Positions 32,936 through 42,350 of a stretch of 64,000 nucleotides of DNA are shown in pieces. This DNA comes from Patescibacteria group bacterium (GTDB lineage: Bacteria; Patescibacteriota; Patescibacteriia; Buchananbacterales; UBA6539). Both the position numbers and the translations under genes were made by a program. Location of the stretch: positions 132,256-196,255 of the forward strand of contig JAQTYZ010000002.1 in the NCBI GenBank assembly GCA_028688055.1. Reading direction: 5' to 3'. Under the pieces are notes generated by a model that was given only the letters and a program-made list of their open reading frames with translations, was not told the origin of the DNA and did no database searches. Every line of letters starts with the position of its first letter. Within the stretch, counting starts at the first letter, position 1.

Positions 32936-33005
32936 GGCCTACGGGAATCGAACCCGTAACGCGAGTACCACAAACTCGAGTGATAACCGTTTCACCAAGG
33001 CCACC
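32933..33005 (-). tRNA. tRNA-His(GTG)
   Basis: G-1 GTGGCCT...CGAGT-TTGTGGT-ACTCG...GTTCGATTCCC..AGGCCACC; CCA not encoded. Confidence 0.93.
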
Positions 33006-33011
33006 ATAAAG

Positions 33012-33479
33012 TTAAAATGTTTTGCCGTTATGTATTAAGTAATGACAGTTTCTGCATAACCACATTAAATTCGCAATCGTGTTATTTTTTCGATTGTGAT
33101 CAACGTGATGAATAACCAATACTTTTTTATTACTCATTCCGCATTCCTTACATTCGGCACTGATATTATGTTCTTTCATAATTCGGTGATATGAGAATTC
33201 ACCACCTTGCCAATTGGGATGATTTTTACCAGTATACTTTTTATTACGCCATAGTGTTTGGCATGATTTACCACAGAAGAAATAACCACTTTTTGATTTT
33301 TTTAAATCCTTGGGTGTTTTCCACGTTGGTTTTTCACAGGTATAGCATAATACAAACTTGCCTGTTTTTTGTGCTTGTCGGCTGCATCCCATTGAGCAGT
33401 ATTTGCCGAAACCGAGCTTGAGTTGACTCGGTTTTGTGTTGAACTCTTTTTTACATTCTTGGCATTCTCGTCTTACCAT
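33012..33479 (-). CDS. HNH endonuclease with N-terminal Zn fingers
   Basis: CxxC/YCS repeats; CKEC..HHVDHNRKNN..NL..LCRNCH. Confidence 0.9.
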   Translation of the reverse strand: MVRRECQECKKEFNTKPSQLKLGFGKYCSMGCSRQAQKTGKFVLCYTCEKPTWKTPKDLKKSKSGYFFCGKSCQTLWRNKKYTGKNHPNWQGGEFSYHRIMKEHNISAECKECGMSNKKVLVIHHVDHNRKNNTIANLMWLCRNCHYLIHNGKTF

Positions 33480-33530
33480 ATCCTAATTATATTATAGTTG
33501 TCAAAGAAAGTAAAATAACAGTGTTGTGGA

Positions 33531-33563
33531 ACAATCCTCTGTTCTACCCTAAACTATAACCAC
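33531..33563 (-). pseudogene. Truncated 5' half of a tRNA-His-like gene
   Basis: GTGGTTATAGTTTAGGGTAGAACAGAGGATTGT: acceptor strand, D-arm and anticodon 5' strand, ending inside the anticodon. Confidence 0.6.
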
Positions 33564-33661
33564 TACATTATTGCAAATACTAAGCGCAAATAGCATATCA
33601 TAATCTTAGTTTTTACCTTAATAATTCTATTTTCTATTTGTTGTCTGCTATTAGCTGGCAT

Positions 33662-33733
33662 TGCCCCCAGTAGGAATCGAACCTACATCACAAGCTTCGG
33701 AAGCTCGCATTCTATCCGTTGAAATATAGGGGC
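33662..33733 (-). tRNA. tRNA-Arg(CCG)
   Basis: CGAGC-TTCCGAA-GCTTG anticodon arm; GTTCGATTCC. Confidence 0.92.
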
Positions 33734-33751
33734 TCGTTTCACTACTGATTT

Positions 33752-33828
33752 TGGTGTCCCAGGCTGGATTCGAACCAGCAACCTACAGCTTAGAAGGCTG
33801 TTGCTCTATCCGGTTGAGCTACTGGGAC
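33752..33828 (-). tRNA. tRNA-Arg(TCT)
   Basis: ACAGC-CTTCTAA-GCTGT; CCA encoded. Confidence 0.96.
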
Positions 33829-33965
33829 CTTGGCGATAATATCTACCTTTAATAACTAAGTTATGTCTTCGGTTGCCTGTCCGTCTGCAGTCACGCGCCG
33901 CGGGACGTCGGTGGAAGTTACTGGGATATAAAACAAAATGATACTAACAAAATTTAAGGTAAAAG

Positions 33966-34886
33966 TCAACTATCTTTTCGTCTTTTTCGCTGATGAAATG
34001 TCTTATAAACTTCGCGCAACTGGTTATTAGTGATGTGAGTGTAAATCTGAGTGGTGGTAATCGACGAATGTCCCAGCATCGTTTGAACTGATCGAATATC
34101 AGCGCCATTAGTCAGTAAATCGGTCGCGAAACTATGGCGCATCGTGTGCGGCGTGACGTGCTTGGTGATGCCGGCGTCGCGCGAATATTTTTTAATCAAG
34201 CGCTGAACACTGCGCGGCGTTAAATTTTTTGGTTCGGTCTTGCCCTTCGCCTTATCGTGGCGAACCAAGAGGTAAGGGGAGAGGTCTTTGCGCCCAGTTA
34301 AATATTGTCTGAGCCAATGTTTGGTTTGGTTGGATAAAAAAACGACTCGTAATTTATCACCTTTGCCGCGAACCGTGAATTCGTCTTTGTCTAAATTAAC
34401 ATTTTCAATTTTGAGATTAGCTAATTCGGAAACCCGCAAGCCGGTTGAAAATAACATTTCCAAAATGGCTTTATCACGCAGCTGAATTATTTTTTTCTCC
34501 TCGGTTTTTAAGGGTGCCTCTAATAATCTTTCTAAATCATTCCCTTCTAAAAAATCAATTTGACGCTCTGGTATTTTTGCCAGTTCAATTTTTTCCGGGG
34601 CCAACGACTTTACATCTTGTTTGGACAAATATTTTAGTAGTGACCTAATCGCGATCAAGTGATAATTTTGCGTTGATTTTTTGAGGCCTCGTCCGTAGTT
34701 GTCGGTTTGGCGATTTAGCCATAGTCGATAGCTTCGAATCAGCTCAGCTGTGATTTGGGCCGGATTACTGACCTTACCCCAATTGCAAAAACGGTTGAGG
34801 TAATAATCGTAGTTTTCAACCGTTTTAATACTGCGTCCTTTTTCGACCTCGAGGTACTCAAGAAATTGTCTGATTAATTTATCCAT
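33966..34886 (-). CDS. XerC/XerD-family tyrosine recombinase
   Basis: TGLRVSEL, GKGDK, HTMRHSFAT, LGH..TTQIYT. Confidence 0.93.
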   Translation of the reverse strand: MDKLIRQFLEYLEVEKGRSIKTVENYDYYLNRFCNWGKVSNPAQITAELIRSYRLWLNRQTDNYGRGLKKSTQNYHLIAIRSLLKYLSKQDVKSLAPEKIELAKIPERQIDFLEGNDLERLLEAPLKTEEKKIIQLRDKAILEMLFSTGLRVSELANLKIENVNLDKDEFTVRGKGDKLRVVFLSNQTKHWLRQYLTGRKDLSPYLLVRHDKAKGKTEPKNLTPRSVQRLIKKYSRDAGITKHVTPHTMRHSFATDLLTNGADIRSVQTMLGHSSITTTQIYTHITNNQLREVYKTFHQRKRRKDS

Positions 34887-35191
34887 CTGGTGTCATTCTG
34901 AATTTAATTCAGAATTTTTGGGCCCCGAAGCAAGTTCGGGGTGAATTTATTATTTATCGTCTATTGATAAATTCATTTTACGACACTTTAATAATTTTGC
35001 CTAGCAGTTAATTCTGTTTAAAATTTCTGCACTTAGATTATATGAACGAACGATAAAATGATTGACCGTCGACATTAAATATGTTATATTATTATATTAT
35101 TGTTTTAGCGTTGATGTTTGAAAATGAAATATCTCGGCCACGGAGAGCAGTGGCAATTTTGGATTTCTGTGAAATGTGAGAGGAAAAGCAC

Positions 35192-35947
35192 ATGATCAGA
35201 GCAGCGGTTGTAGAGGACACGGTTAGACGCTTGTCCAACGAAGTGCCGTTTGACAAAGTGGACGAAGTTTCTGCCACGATCGGAGAGGCACTGCGCAAAC
35301 AGTACCTTGTTTTCACGGTTCCCGACTTGCTGGAGATTACCAAGAGGCATCTTGACATTCTGCGCCAGCGTTTTGACAGTCTCATTGCGGAAGACAAAGC
35401 CACCTGCCGAGGAGGCATTGATTCAATCCTGGCTCGGTTGGAGGCCACGAGAAACATCGCGATTTCTGAAGTCGCCGGTAAACCGATGGTTGGCGTCAAC
35501 CTGCCTTTGCTGCCGGTCATTAGTAGTCGTTTTTTGGCTGCTAGCATCCAGGTCAATATGATAAGTCACGGCAATGATGTGGGTCTCAGTCTGCTTGATG
35601 ATGCTGAGATCTTGGATGAGTTCGTGTCGGAAAATGGTGCCTGGTGGCTCACCAATGTGGAGACTGGCCGCCAATTCAGTGATGGCACATATTCTCAGGA
35701 AGACCAGGAGTCTGTCGTCATAGCGCAGGATCGCAAGGTTATTATGGCGGCTGAAGCCATTGCGTTGGGTGTTCATTTTCCCAAAGTGTTTAAAGCAAAC
35801 AACGTCGTCGCTCTTGGTTCTCGATTAAGGAGCACTATTGGCCAAGCGATCATTTTGGCCAATGAATTGGGTTCATTTAGACTCCGATCCATGCGCATTA
35901 GCGGTGACGCCAAATATGGTGTTGCCTCGTGTAAGAGTCGCATCTAG
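35192..35947 (+). CDS. Hypothetical protein (DUF5701-like)
   Basis: LPVI, NVETG, EAIAL..HFP..LGSR; own RBS and terminator. Confidence 0.6.
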   Translation: MIRAAVVEDTVRRLSNEVPFDKVDEVSATIGEALRKQYLVFTVPDLLEITKRHLDILRQRFDSLIAEDKATCRGGIDSILARLEATRNIAISEVAGKPMVGVNLPLLPVISSRFLAASIQVNMISHGNDVGLSLLDDAEILDEFVSENGAWWLTNVETGRQFSDGTYSQEDQESVVIAQDRKVIMAAEAIALGVHFPKVFKANNVVALGSRLRSTIGQAIILANELGSFRLRSMRISGDAKYGVASCKSRI

Positions 35948-36148
35948 GGACATAACTCCTTGTTTTTTCTTCATTTTGACCTTTGTCAGTTAGAGGGCAG
36001 ATCGTTATTCGACAGTCTGGCCCTTCTTTTTTTATTGACATTTTTGGCAAATAATGATACTGTCAAGCTGCTAATAATTTAATTGACGGTACCTCGGATC
36101 GGCCACTTTGACCAATCTTGGATGCCGTTAGGGGAAGGCCAAGCTAAA

Positions 36149-36511
36149 ATGTTAGATAAGAACAAGAAAGAGAAAATCATTGCTAAGTATAAAACCCACA
36201 GCAGTGACACTGGTTCATCGCAGGTTCAGATTGCGATTTTAACCGAAGAAATCAAAGAGTTAACCAAGCACTTGAAAACACACAAAAAAGATTTTTCATC
36301 TCGCCGGGGTTTATTAAAAAAAGTTGCTGAACGACGCCGGCTTTTGAGTTATCTTCGTCGGGAAGATGAAAAAGAGTTTGATAAGATTGTTAAAGATTTA
36401 AAGATTAAAGTCGTCCGAACGGAAGAAGAGAAGAAGGCCGACTTAGAAGAAGCTGAGTTATTGGCGGAAGCCGATCAAGAAGTTTTGGCCACGGCCGAAA
36501 GCGAAGAGTAA
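36149..36511 (+). CDS. rpsO: 30S ribosomal protein S15 with acidic C-terminal tail
   Basis: DTGSSQVQIAILT, HKKDFSSRRGL; start at ATG 36149. Confidence 0.96.
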   Translation: MLDKNKKEKIIAKYKTHSSDTGSSQVQIAILTEEIKELTKHLKTHKKDFSSRRGLLKKVAERRRLLSYLRREDEKEFDKIVKDLKIKVVRTEEEKKADLEEAELLAEADQEVLATAESEE

Positions 36512-36529
36512 AAATAAAAATATAATTAT

Positions 36530-37081
36530 ATGATGAAGCATAAAGAACAGCGCGTCGGCGTTTTCATCGACGTTGCTAATATGTATCATTCGGCTAAAAA
36601 TTTGTATGGAGCCAAAGTTAATTTCGGTGAGGTTTTAAAAACATCAATTGCTGGACGAAAATTGATTCGGGCCATTGCCTATGTTATTCGTTCGGAATCT
36701 GAGGAAGAGCGAGGATTTTTTGGTGCTCTGTCTAATCAGGGGTTTGAAGTTAAAGCCAAGGATTTGCAAATTTTTGCCGGCGGCGCGAAAAAAGCTGACT
36801 GGGATGTTGGCATCGCGATTGATGCAATCAAAATGGCCGACAAGCTCGATAGCGTGGTGATTGTTTCCGGCGACGGTGATTATTTGCCGCTGGTTACTTA
36901 TCTCAAAGAGAACAAAGGTTGCCAAGTCGAAGTTTTGGCGTTCGGTAAAACGACTTCCGCTAAATTGGTTGAAGCCGTTGATGACTATATTGATTTAGGG
37001 GCCGATCCAAAACGTTACCTGATTGATAATCAGAAAAAAATGAAATTGATTCCGGATATTCGTCCTTTTAAGAAAAAATAA
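36530..37081 (+). CDS. NYN domain (LabA/DUF88) protein
   Basis: FIDVANM, KADWDV, SGDGDY. Confidence 0.92.
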   Translation: MMKHKEQRVGVFIDVANMYHSAKNLYGAKVNFGEVLKTSIAGRKLIRAIAYVIRSESEEERGFFGALSNQGFEVKAKDLQIFAGGAKKADWDVGIAIDAIKMADKLDSVVIVSGDGDYLPLVTYLKENKGCQVEVLAFGKTTSAKLVEAVDDYIDLGADPKRYLIDNQKKMKLIPDIRPFKKK

Positions 37082-37201
37082 TTAATTATTGAAGCTGATT
37101 TTTCCTCTAATCGTTGTTAGTAGCTATCGCTTGCTTGGTGTAGGCAGGGGATAAGTACTAGTAACGTGTTCGGTTAGGTCAGCTCAAAGGTAAGGAGTCT
37201 T

Positions 37202-39397
37202 ATGACTAAGAAGATTTTTTCCGCTGATTTAGCCGGGAAAGAGTTAGTGATTGAAACGGGCCAATTGGCCATGCAAGCCAATGGTTCATGCACCGTTCGT
37301 TATGGCGATACGGTTGTTTTAGCTACCGCGGTGATGGGTGGTATTCGCGAAGGGGTTGATTTTTTTCCGTTGTCGGTTGACTACGAAGAAAGATTATATG
37401 CCGCTGGTAAAATTAAAGGTAGCCGCTGGATCAAGCGTGAAGGCCGACCGTCTGATGAAGCAGTTTTAACTTCACGGTTAGTTGATCGCTGCGTCCGCCC
37501 GTTGTTTTCCAAAGAAATGAAAAATGAAGTTCAGGTTATTTTAACCGTGATGTCTTTTGACGCGGAAAATGATTCTGATGTTGTTGGTTTAATTGCCGCT
37601 TCAGCGGCTTTGGCCATTTCTAATATTCCCTGGGCCGGACCGCTTGGTGGCGTTCGGGTGGCGCGTCTGGAAAATGACTGGGTTGTTAACCCAACTTTTG
37701 CCCAACGCGAAAACGCCAGTCTCGAGTTAATTGTTGCCGGCTTGGATAATAAGGTAATTATGATTGAAGCCGAAGGCCATGAAGCGGCCGAAGCAACTGT
37801 TTATGACGGTGTTGAAGCTTCACTTAAGCCAATTCAATCAATTATTGATTTAATCAATAAGGCCTCAGCTGAACTTGGCGTTGAAAAAATCAGCCCAGCC
37901 GAGTTAACAATGGAAGTAACTGATGCCGACGCCACTGCCGCGCAGAAGGAAATGACTGACAAGGCAACTAACTGGATTACTAAAAATGTCCCAAACGTTT
38001 TATTTTCTAAAGATTTACCAACAAAATCTTCGCGCAAGCAAGCTTTAAGTCTGGCCAAAGACGAGTTGATGAAATATTTGGAATCAGAAAACATTGGTAA
38101 GGACCGACGCAAGTCCGCCGTGCCGTTGTTTGAAAAATATGTTGAACAAGAAGTTACGCGCGCTATCCTTGAAGATAATAAGCGAGTTGACGGACGGAAA
38201 CTAACGGAGATTCGGTCGTTGAGTGCAGAAGTTAGTATGCTGCCCAGAACTCATGGTTCCGCCTTGTTTAATCGCGGTGAAACTCAAGTTTTGTCAGTGG
38301 TGACGCTTGGTTCGCCTGGCGATGAGCAATTTTTGGATGGGCTGGAGGAAGCCGGACGCAAACGATTTATGCATCATTATAATTTCCCGCCTTATTCGGT
38401 CGGTGAAACCGGACGGCTTGGTTCGCCTGGTCGACGTGAAATTGGTCACGGTGCCTTGGCGGAAAAAGCCCTGCGACCATTAATGCCGGACAAAGAATCA
38501 TTTCCTTATACCGTTCGAGTCGTCTCAGAAGTCTTAGGTTCCAATGGTTCGTCGTCAATGGCTTCAACTTGTGGTTCCAGTTTGGCTTTAATGGATTCGG
38601 GTGTGCCTTTAAGTAAGCCGGTGGCTGGTATTGCTATGGGTTTAGCTTCTGACGAAGCCAAGGGTCAATTTAAAGTTTTAACCGATTTACAGGACTTAGA
38701 AGATGGTCCGGGCGGGATGGACTTCAAAATTGCCGGGACCAAGGATGGCGTCACCGCTATTCAGCTGGATACTAAAACCAAGGGCCTACCAATGACTGTT
38801 ATCAAACAAACCTTAGAGCAGGGCTTGCAAGCTCGTTTGGAAATTTTGGCCGTGATGGATAAAGCGATTGCAGCACCACGGGCGGAGTTGTCAAAATATG
38901 CTCCCAGAATTGTTTCGTTCAAAATTAATCCCGATAAAATTAGAGAAGTCATCGGTCCGGGCGGCAAGATCATTAATCAGATTATTGATGAAACTGGCGT
39001 TCAAATTGACATTGAAGATGATGGTATGGTGATGGTGACTGGTCCTGACGGCGAAGGTTCTAAGCGTGCCGTTGAATGGATAAAAAATATTGTTCGGGAA
39101 ATTGAAGTTGGTGAAGTTTTTACCGGCAAAGTTTCTCGTATCTTTGATTTCGGGGCAATGGTCGAAATTCTACCGGGACAAGAAGGGATGGCTCACATCT
39201 CCGAACTGGCTCACTATCGCGTCAATAAAGTAACTGACGTTGTTAATCTCGGTGACACGGTCACGGTTAAAGTTATCAATATTGATGAAAAGGGCCGCGT
39301 TAATTTATCCCTTAAGGCAATGTCAGATCGACCGGCGGGATCTCCGGGTGAAGATCACGGCGATGATCGCCGTCCGCGCTTCATGAGTAAAAAATAA
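37202..39397 (+). CDS. pnp: Polyribonucleotide nucleotidyltransferase
   Basis: FFPLSVDY, RREIGHG, SNGSSSMAS, KH and S1 domains. Confidence 0.98.
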   Translation: MTKKIFSADLAGKELVIETGQLAMQANGSCTVRYGDTVVLATAVMGGIREGVDFFPLSVDYEERLYAAGKIKGSRWIKREGRPSDEAVLTSRLVDRCVRPLFSKEMKNEVQVILTVMSFDAENDSDVVGLIAASAALAISNIPWAGPLGGVRVARLENDWVVNPTFAQRENASLELIVAGLDNKVIMIEAEGHEAAEATVYDGVEASLKPIQSIIDLINKASAELGVEKISPAELTMEVTDADATAAQKEMTDKATNWITKNVPNVLFSKDLPTKSSRKQALSLAKDELMKYLESENIGKDRRKSAVPLFEKYVEQEVTRAILEDNKRVDGRKLTEIRSLSAEVSMLPRTHGSALFNRGETQVLSVVTLGSPGDEQFLDGLEEAGRKRFMHHYNFPPYSVGETGRLGSPGRREIGHGALAEKALRPLMPDKESFPYTVRVVSEVLGSNGSSSMASTCGSSLALMDSGVPLSKPVAGIAMGLASDEAKGQFKVLTDLQDLEDGPGGMDFKIAGTKDGVTAIQLDTKTKGLPMTVIKQTLEQGLQARLEILAVMDKAIAAPRAELSKYAPRIVSFKINPDKIREVIGPGGKIINQIIDETGVQIDIEDDGMVMVTGPDGEGSKRAVEWIKNIVREIEVGEVFTGKVSRIFDFGAMVEILPGQEGMAHISELAHYRVNKVTDVVNLGDTVTVKVINIDEKGRVNLSLKAMSDRPAGSPGEDHGDDRRPRFMSKK

Positions 39398-39414
39398 ATT
39401 AACTTAAAATTTAA

Positions 39415-40872
39415 ATGACGGACCCCTTCCGAAATTTAACAAGATTTTTCTCGACCTTCGTTAGCAAGTATCAAAAAATGTTGAAAAAAATCTGGCTAAT
39501 TTTGGCCGGGGTTTTGTTTTTGTCAGCTGTGGCCCTATTCGGGCGCTGGTTGATTTTTGTTTCCGATAAATTAATAGCATTTGCGCCGGCTAATTCCATT
39601 GTTTATTTCTCATCACGCCAATCGTTTTGGTCGTGGCAAGTTCATACGGCCGATAATCTACCAATTAAAAATCTTGATTGGCTGACCAATGAAGTAACCA
39701 ATTTATCGACTGCTGACTTTCGACAAAAATTTACCAGCCAGGCTAACCAACTTTCCTTCAGCGTTGTCAGCAATACCACTGGTGGTCTAGGTTATATTTT
39801 ATTTTTAGCTTTTGATCGTCACAGTATTGCGGCTGACGACTATGCTCAATTGAAAAATTATTGGCAGCCGCGTCCTAATATTTTAATCATCGCTTCGGAC
39901 GCGACACTGATTGAGCAAGTTAAAAAAATATCAACTGGTTTTGAGTTATCACTTAATGACGTCATTAGTCACGACTTGTTTGGTCGGGGGGAGTTTAATT
40001 TATTTCTTAGTTCCAAAAATTTAAATCAGTATTTAGATAATAAAAAAACGACTCTGGGATTTGTAAAAATTCTAAATCGGGATGTCTATTTATCATTGAA
40101 CAAAAAAGTTGAACACTGGGTTTTTACGGCCAACCGTTTGGACAAATCACAATTATTAAACATCGCTTCTCCCTTAACGGTGTTGCCCCAGAATTTTATT
40201 TTTTATATTTCTGGCTTTAAGCTCAGTGACGTCTTGACTGACTGGCTAAGCATTGATTCTAGTTTGTTCACAGCGCAAGCCGATTTATTAAAGCCGATCT
40301 TATCATCAGGTAATTTTAGCAATGATGATATTTCAGGTTTATTTAATCATCCGGCCACCGCCGTTTTTGCCCCGACCTCAGCGCCGTCTGTTTTCGGCGT
40401 CGATTATGTCCTGACGTTTGATAATGTTAGCGACCGTGAAGTCAGCCTGCTTAAAGATTTAGTCGTTTATTATTTAGCCCAGAAAAATCCTAAAATAATT
40501 GCCAGAGTTTTACCAGATAAAACAGTGGTTAAGGAATTGGTTTTGGATCGAAATTTGTGGCCCTGGCAAGTTGATCATAGCAGTAGTCGCGAAGTTTATT
40601 ATGTTAATGATAAGTCTTTGCCAATTGAGTTTGCCTATAGTTATGATGGTAGCATTTTAACTATCGCTAATTCACGCCAATTGTTAAATAATATATTTGT
40701 TGGTGACGGTATTTCACTTTTGTCATTAGGCCGTTGTCGTCAGGCGGCGCCAAATTTTATTTTAAATGTTGCTAATTTGTCCGCTGACATTAATAAGTAT
40801 TTGCCGTCGGGGCTAGTTATGGGAAGCGATCATCAGGGTAGTAAGGTTAGTGGGTGTATCTTGGAAAATTAG
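39415..40872 (+). CDS. Hypothetical membrane-anchored protein
   Basis: Long ORF with N-terminal TM helix; start uncertain. Confidence 0.75.
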   Translation: MTDPFRNLTRFFSTFVSKYQKMLKKIWLILAGVLFLSAVALFGRWLIFVSDKLIAFAPANSIVYFSSRQSFWSWQVHTADNLPIKNLDWLTNEVTNLSTADFRQKFTSQANQLSFSVVSNTTGGLGYILFLAFDRHSIAADDYAQLKNYWQPRPNILIIASDATLIEQVKKISTGFELSLNDVISHDLFGRGEFNLFLSSKNLNQYLDNKKTTLGFVKILNRDVYLSLNKKVEHWVFTANRLDKSQLLNIASPLTVLPQNFIFYISGFKLSDVLTDWLSIDSSLFTAQADLLKPILSSGNFSNDDISGLFNHPATAVFAPTSAPSVFGVDYVLTFDNVSDREVSLLKDLVVYYLAQKNPKIIARVLPDKTVVKELVLDRNLWPWQVDHSSSREVYYVNDKSLPIEFAYSYDGSILTIANSRQLLNNIFVGDGISLLSLGRCRQAAPNFILNVANLSADINKYLPSGLVMGSDHQGSKVSGCILEN

Positions 40873-41436
40873 TAGTTGTGGATAAGTTGTTGATATTAAT
40901 TTAAATAATAAAATATTTTTTTTAGCTTTTGTAAAGACGAAAAAGGCGCTAAAATAAAGCGCTTTTTTATTTTTAAGTCAAAAATATTGACATAAGCCAT
41001 AATGTATGATATATTTAGATTGTAGACTGAAACTTGAAAATTATAGAAAAGTTTCCCCAGAATTAAATTGGAGAAATTTTTTTCTTCTCTACTACTTTTA
41101 TCGACGAGGTCATAAAACTGACTATGGCCCACAAAAACAAAAACAAAACTTCGGTTCAAGAACCCATAAAGAGAGTTCTGACCAAAGAGGGGTAGAGGAG
41201 CGCTTCAGTCAGTAGAAGCACAAGTAAGCTTTTGGGAGTCTGTGTCTAGACATTCAGTAGAGAGTAAATCAAATTTGATTTATTGCCTACTGAGTGTGTA
41301 GGCGACTGCTAAGAGCTCTAGGGGTGCATTCGCCATAAATTAAATTATTTGGGGCGCTAAATGCGCCCCTCTTTTTATCCCATTGATTTTACCATTATTG
41401 ACATAATAATCTGACGGCGATATCATTATCTTTAGT

Positions 41437-41808
41437 ATGAATCAAGCAGCTTTAGACAAAATTAAATCTAGCCTCGAAGTTGAAAAAAAGAAACTGTCTT
41501 TGGAGTTGTCCGAATTTACCAAACCGGATGTTGATAATTCGGATAATTATAAATCCGAGTTTCCTAAGTATGGCGATGATGAAGACGAGAATGCGGCCGA
41601 GGTTGCTGACTACGGCGATCGATTATCACTGGAGCATGTTTTAGAAAAACAGTTGCGTGATGTCAACAAAGCGCTGGGCTTAATTGAAGCTGGAACTTAC
41701 GGTACTTGTCAGCATTGTGGGCAGGCCATTGAGGAGCAACGACTGTTGGTTAGGCCAACTTCGAGTTCATGTGTTGAATGTAAAAAACGTCTAACCGGTG
41801 AAGAATAG
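41437..41808 (+). CDS. TraR/DksA C4 zinc-finger protein
   Basis: GTYGTCQHCG..RL..RP..CVEC. Confidence 0.92.
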   Translation: MNQAALDKIKSSLEVEKKKLSLELSEFTKPDVDNSDNYKSEFPKYGDDEDENAAEVADYGDRLSLEHVLEKQLRDVNKALGLIEAGTYGTCQHCGQAIEEQRLLVRPTSSSCVECKKRLTGEE

Positions 41809-42268
41809 ATTGATGCTTAAAAAATATTTTTTGTTTGGCTTGCCGGTCATTTTCTTTTTTATTGCTGACCGGTTTTTAAAATATTGGTTTACCCAAAATC
41901 CCTCCGCTAAAATCGGAGGGGGTTTTATTATTCCTTTTTTGGATTTTAAGTTGGTGCCCAACTATGGTGTTGCTTTTGGCATTTTATTTAATCAGACCGC
42001 CATTCTATTTTTTGTCATCGTCATCCTGATTGTTTTAATTTTCTGGTTAGTCGATTTTATTAAACAGCTCAATTGGTTTTCGGTTTTTTCACTTAGCTTG
42101 ATTATCGCCGGTGCCATCTCTAATTTGCTTGATCGGTTGCACTATGGATTCGTCGTCGACTATATCGACGTTACTTGGTTTACGGTTTTTAATTTAGCTG
42201 ACGCCATGATTACGTTCGGAGTTTTTTTACTATTGTTGGCAACTGTCAAAAGTAAAAATAATAGTTAA
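41798..42268 (+). CDS. lspA: Lipoprotein signal peptidase II
   Basis: NYGVAFG, SNLLDR, VVDY, FNLAD. Confidence 0.94.
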   Translation: MKNRLMLKKYFLFGLPVIFFFIADRFLKYWFTQNPSAKIGGGFIIPFLDFKLVPNYGVAFGILFNQTAILFFVIVILIVLIFWLVDFIKQLNWFSVFSLSLIIAGAISNLLDRLHYGFVVDYIDVTWFTVFNLADAMITFGVFLLLLATVKSKNNS

Positions 42269-42350
42269 CTGGACAAAGCTTTAATTATCTTGTAATATCA
42301 ACTCAGAAAATATTCAACATAGCGCACCTAATTATTAAGGGGCGCTTTTT

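Noticed and set aside
33966-34886. Integron integrase IntI serving the cassette array
   Set aside because: It lacks the IntI-specific insertion and looks like a housekeeping Xer recombinase; the repeats also do not fit attC RYYYAAC/GTTRRRY well.
38305-38430. 15-bp direct repeat GCTTGGTTCGCCTGG in pnp
   Set aside because: Both copies encode LGSPG within an intact gene, so it is a coding coincidence.
40877-40885. oriC suggested by DnaA box TGTGGATAA
   Set aside because: Only one perfect box was seen and there is no dnaA/dnaN context in the window.
41190-41220. Lysine riboswitch (GGTAGAGGAGCG..AGTA)
   Set aside because: The downstream GAAAGG/GCCGAA core is missing and no lysine gene follows.
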